Assembly: GCA_026995555.1 (NCBI GenBank)
Contig: JALWOJ010000162.1
Location: forward strand, 1-52,286
DNA from: Acidilobaceae archaeon
Lineage (GTDB): Archaea > Thermoproteota > Thermoprotei_A > Sulfolobales > Acidilobaceae
Length of the DNA stretch: 52,286 nucleotides
Direction: 5' to 3'
This document shows, in pieces, positions 49,771-52,286 of this stretch. Under the pieces are notes generated by a model. It worked only from the letters and a program-made list of their open reading frames with translations, made no database searches and was not told where the DNA came from. A program made the translations under genes and the position numbers. Within the stretch, counting starts at the first letter, position 1; every line of letters begins with the position of its first letter.

Positions 49771-50171
49771 CCAGGAACAGAGATCTTCTTAAAAAGCTCG
49801 TTGTTAACAACAATCTCATTAAGCTTCTGTTCCTCTACACTGAGGATTTTTTCCAATTCTTTATTAACAAAATCCACTACCTCCTTAGGTAGGGAGGGAG
49901 TTTCACATCTATATTCTATACAACTTCTTCTCTTAATCTTAGGATCCCCCTCTATTTTATTGAAACAAGGATCATCCTTAACAGCCTCTTTAAGGCCCTC
50001 TATGTAAAAGGTTCCAGGGCCCCTAACGTACTTGATATCTGTAAGCCTCTCTCCCTTGTTCTTAAGCCATTCGATTTCAATGAACGCCAATATTCTGCTT
50101 AGCTTGAAAGGATGAACACATCCCGTTTTCTTCAGCACATAAGCCATCAATGTCTTTCCTTTGATCGTCAT
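49767..50171 (-). CDS. Hypothetical protein, possible Panacea/SocA (DUF4065)-like fold
   Basis: FKLSRILAFIE...GERLTDIKYVRGP pattern; four Cys. Confidence 0.45.
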   Translation of the reverse strand: MTIKGKTLMAYVLKKTGCVHPFKLSRILAFIEIEWLKNKGERLTDIKYVRGPGTFYIEGLKEAVKDDPCFNKIEGDPKIKRRSCIEYRCETPSLPKEVVDFVNKELEKILSVEEQKLNEIVVNNELFKKISVPG

Positions 50172-50339
50172 TTATCCCAAGCCTCCAATAAAGAGTTTCG
50201 AACCTACCCAGAATTACATGTTTTTCACAACCGTTAAAGTTCTTGCATTATTAATTTTTAATAGCAGATGGATTAATATTGACGAAGGAAACAGATTGAT
50301 AGCTCAAAGTACGTCATTGAGAGGTCAAGGGAAAGAGGG

Positions 50340-50777
50340 ATGAAAAAGAAACCACTGTATACAGCAAAGTACAGAGTTTACTGGAGCGAAACGGATGCTG
50401 CCTTGATAATGCACTTCTCAAATTTCTTCAGAATCTGCGAGAGAGCTGAGGAGGACTTTCTAGAGAGCATAGGCCTCTTAAGCTATAGGGATAAGCCGAC
50501 CGGACAAAGGATTCTTCTCCCTAGGGTTCATGCGGAGTGTGACTTCTTTGCTCCCCTAAGGCCTGGGGATCACTATAGGGTTGAACTCAACGATCTAAAT
50601 TTTGGCAACAAGAGCATTGAATATGTATGGGAGATATATAATGAGGATCTTGACAGGGAGTCGGCAAGATGCAAAATAGTAGCTGCATTTTATGATGAAA
50701 GGGCTGGAAGAGCAGTGCCTATACCTGAAAACTTTAAGAAAATAATAATGGATTATATTGAAAAACGGACACAATAA
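50340..50777 (+). CDS. Acyl-CoA thioesterase (4HBT hotdog fold)
   Basis: RVYWSETDAALIMHFSNFFRICE, PLRPGD. Confidence 0.9.
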   Translation: MKKKPLYTAKYRVYWSETDAALIMHFSNFFRICERAEEDFLESIGLLSYRDKPTGQRILLPRVHAECDFFAPLRPGDHYRVELNDLNFGNKSIEYVWEIYNEDLDRESARCKIVAAFYDERAGRAVPIPENFKKIIMDYIEKRTQ

Positions 50778-50860
50778 GAATTTTGTATCAGTCTAGAACT
50801 CAAAGATAAAATCAAGTTCGGTAATCTTTCTGAATAGTAACAAAACGCGGGGGAGAGTTC

Positions 50861-51772
50861 TTGAATATTAAGGAAAACCTAACTGAGGCCTTCAAAGAAC
50901 TAATAGTAAAAGTTGCAACGGGTATTCCTGAGGACGTTTATAACTATATTAGAAAAGCATATGAGTCTGAAGAAAATCCCGTGGCAAAGGCTCAGTTTGA
51001 AGCAATATTAAAGGATATGGAACTTGCCTGTAAAAGAACTAGGCCCATCTGCCAGGATACGGGAACTCCTTATCTGTTCCTCGAGGTGGGAGATAACTTC
51101 CCTATAAAAAGTGAGATAGTTGAAATATTCAAAGATGCGCTAAGATATGTCACTAAAGAAATGGGCATTTTAAGGCCAAATGCAGTCGATCCCATTTATG
51201 CCAGAAATAGCGGTGATAACACGGGGAGGTTTGTACCCTGGGTTCATATAGACTTAGTCCCCGGAGACGAGCTTAAAGTAAATATTATGTTTAAAGGAGG
51301 AGGGAGTGAGGCTCCCTCGACTTTAGTAATGTCTCCTCCATTAAAAGGTTGGGAAACTCTTAAGGAGACTGTAATCGAAACCGTGGCCAAAGCTGGCCCC
51401 TTACCATGTCCACCACTAATAGTTGGAGTTGCAGTGGCTGCTGGAGCTGATATGGCATTAACCCTAGCCAAGAGGGCGATCTTAAGGCCCATAGGGGAAA
51501 GACATCCTGATCCCAAGGTCGCCAAGATGGAGGAGGAGCTCCTCGAGGCCCTTAACAAGTTAGGGGTAGGACCTCATGGATTTGGAGGAAAGTTTAGCGT
51601 GCTTGATGTTAAGTTTGAATACGCTTATAGGCATCCAGCAACGTTTGCTATAGGAGTCATAACAAGCTGTTGGGCGACTAGAAGAGGAAGAATGATCGTG
51701 AGATCTGATGGTTCATACGTTATAACAAGCAAGCATCTAGTACGTGAAGGAGATGTTTGTGTTGTGAGGTGA
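50861..51772 (+). CDS. Fe-S hydro-lyase (fumarate hydratase/tartrate dehydratase) alpha subunit
   Basis: PICQDTG, LRPN, GDNTG, KGGGSE, CPP, GPHGFGG, SCWATRR. Confidence 0.93.
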   Translation: MNIKENLTEAFKELIVKVATGIPEDVYNYIRKAYESEENPVAKAQFEAILKDMELACKRTRPICQDTGTPYLFLEVGDNFPIKSEIVEIFKDALRYVTKEMGILRPNAVDPIYARNSGDNTGRFVPWVHIDLVPGDELKVNIMFKGGGSEAPSTLVMSPPLKGWETLKETVIETVAKAGPLPCPPLIVGVAVAAGADMALTLAKRAILRPIGERHPDPKVAKMEEELLEALNKLGVGPHGFGGKFSVLDVKFEYAYRHPATFAIGVITSCWATRRGRMIVRSDGSYVITSKHLVREGDVCVVR

Positions 51773-51778
51773 TTTAAA

Positions 51779-52286
51779 ATGTCTGAGCCTAAGATATATA
51801 GATTAAGAACTCCTCTAAGTGATGAAGATGTTGAAAAGCTTAAAATAGGGGATATAGTTTACATAACGGGGATAATGGTTACTGCGAGGGACGAAGCACA
51901 CGAAAAGGTTCTAAAAACTTTGGAGAAAGGGGAGTCGCTTCCCATAGATCTTAGGGGCCTAGTCCTGTATCACTGCGGACCTGTTGCAAGGAAGAGACCG
52001 GACGGTTCCTGGGAGATAGTTGCAGCTGGTCCCACAACCAGCATGAGAATGGAAAGCGTTGAAGCAGAGTTCATAGAGAAGACGGGTGTTAAGATGATAG
52101 TAGGTAAAGGAGGCATGGGAGATAGAACGGCTGAAGCTATGAAGAAGTACAAGGCCGTTTACGCAGTGTTTACTGGGGGAGCTGGTGCTCTCGCCGCCGA
52201 AGCTATAAAAAGAGTTAAGGACGTGTATTGGCTCGACGAGCTTGGGATTCCCGAGGCAATGTGGGTTTTTGAAGTTGAAAATTTCG
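51779..52286 (+). CDS. Fe-S hydro-lyase beta subunit (runs off window)
   Basis: Manual translation: LKIGDIVYITG...TARDEAH...YHCGP...AGPTTSMRM...VGKGGMG. Confidence 0.92.
   Translation, partial: MSEPKIYRLRTPLSDEDVEKLKIGDIVYITGIMVTARDEAHEKVLKTLEKGESLPIDLRGLVLYHCGPVARKRPDGSWEIVAAGPTTSMRMESVEAEFIEKTGVKMIVGKGGMGDRTAEAMKKYKAVYAVFTGGAGALAAEAIKRVKDVYWLDELGIPEAMWVFEVENF

Noticed and set aside
1..52286. CRISPR array, rRNA genes and the many short antisense ORFs in the track
   Set aside because: No regularly spaced repeats or rRNA sequence seen; the short ORFs lie within well-supported genes

Overview
This is a chromosomal segment of a thermophilic crenarchaeon (Thermoproteota, Desulfurococcales/Acidilobales-like), judged from rpl14e, archaeal Nob1/Trm5/KaiC-like genes, GC-rich tRNAs and TTG/GTG starts with GGTG ribosome-binding sites. 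Bases 1-22.9 kb and 36.4-52.3 kb are mostly housekeeping or metabolic: a GT4/GH130 pair, gcvPB, ClC, pcm, a 4-gene flavin amino-acid dehydrogenase, a lut/glc cluster, acyl-CoA dehydrogenase, a B12 radical SAM enzyme, a stand-alone NurA/HerA pair, a NifX/ferredoxin-ATPase operon and an Fe-S hydro-lyase. These regions also hold several C/D-box sRNA candidates and tRNA-His(GUG). Bases ~23-36.3 kb form a decayed accessory island ending at the 3' end of tRNA-Arg(GCG). It contains TA modules, an orphan DNA methyltransferase, an intact IS607 (tnpA+tnpB) inserted in a PIN toxin gene, a truncated integrase fused to an antitoxin-like tail, an orphan K-turn RNA/IS607-end element and a RiPP radical-SAM fragment. 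Next to the tRNA is a frameshifted ~353-aa wHTH protein with divergent tyrosine-recombinase motifs, heading an operon with a membrane protein and a type IV pilin; this is the best candidate for an undescribed system. All family calls come from motif recognition by eye; no database search was run.
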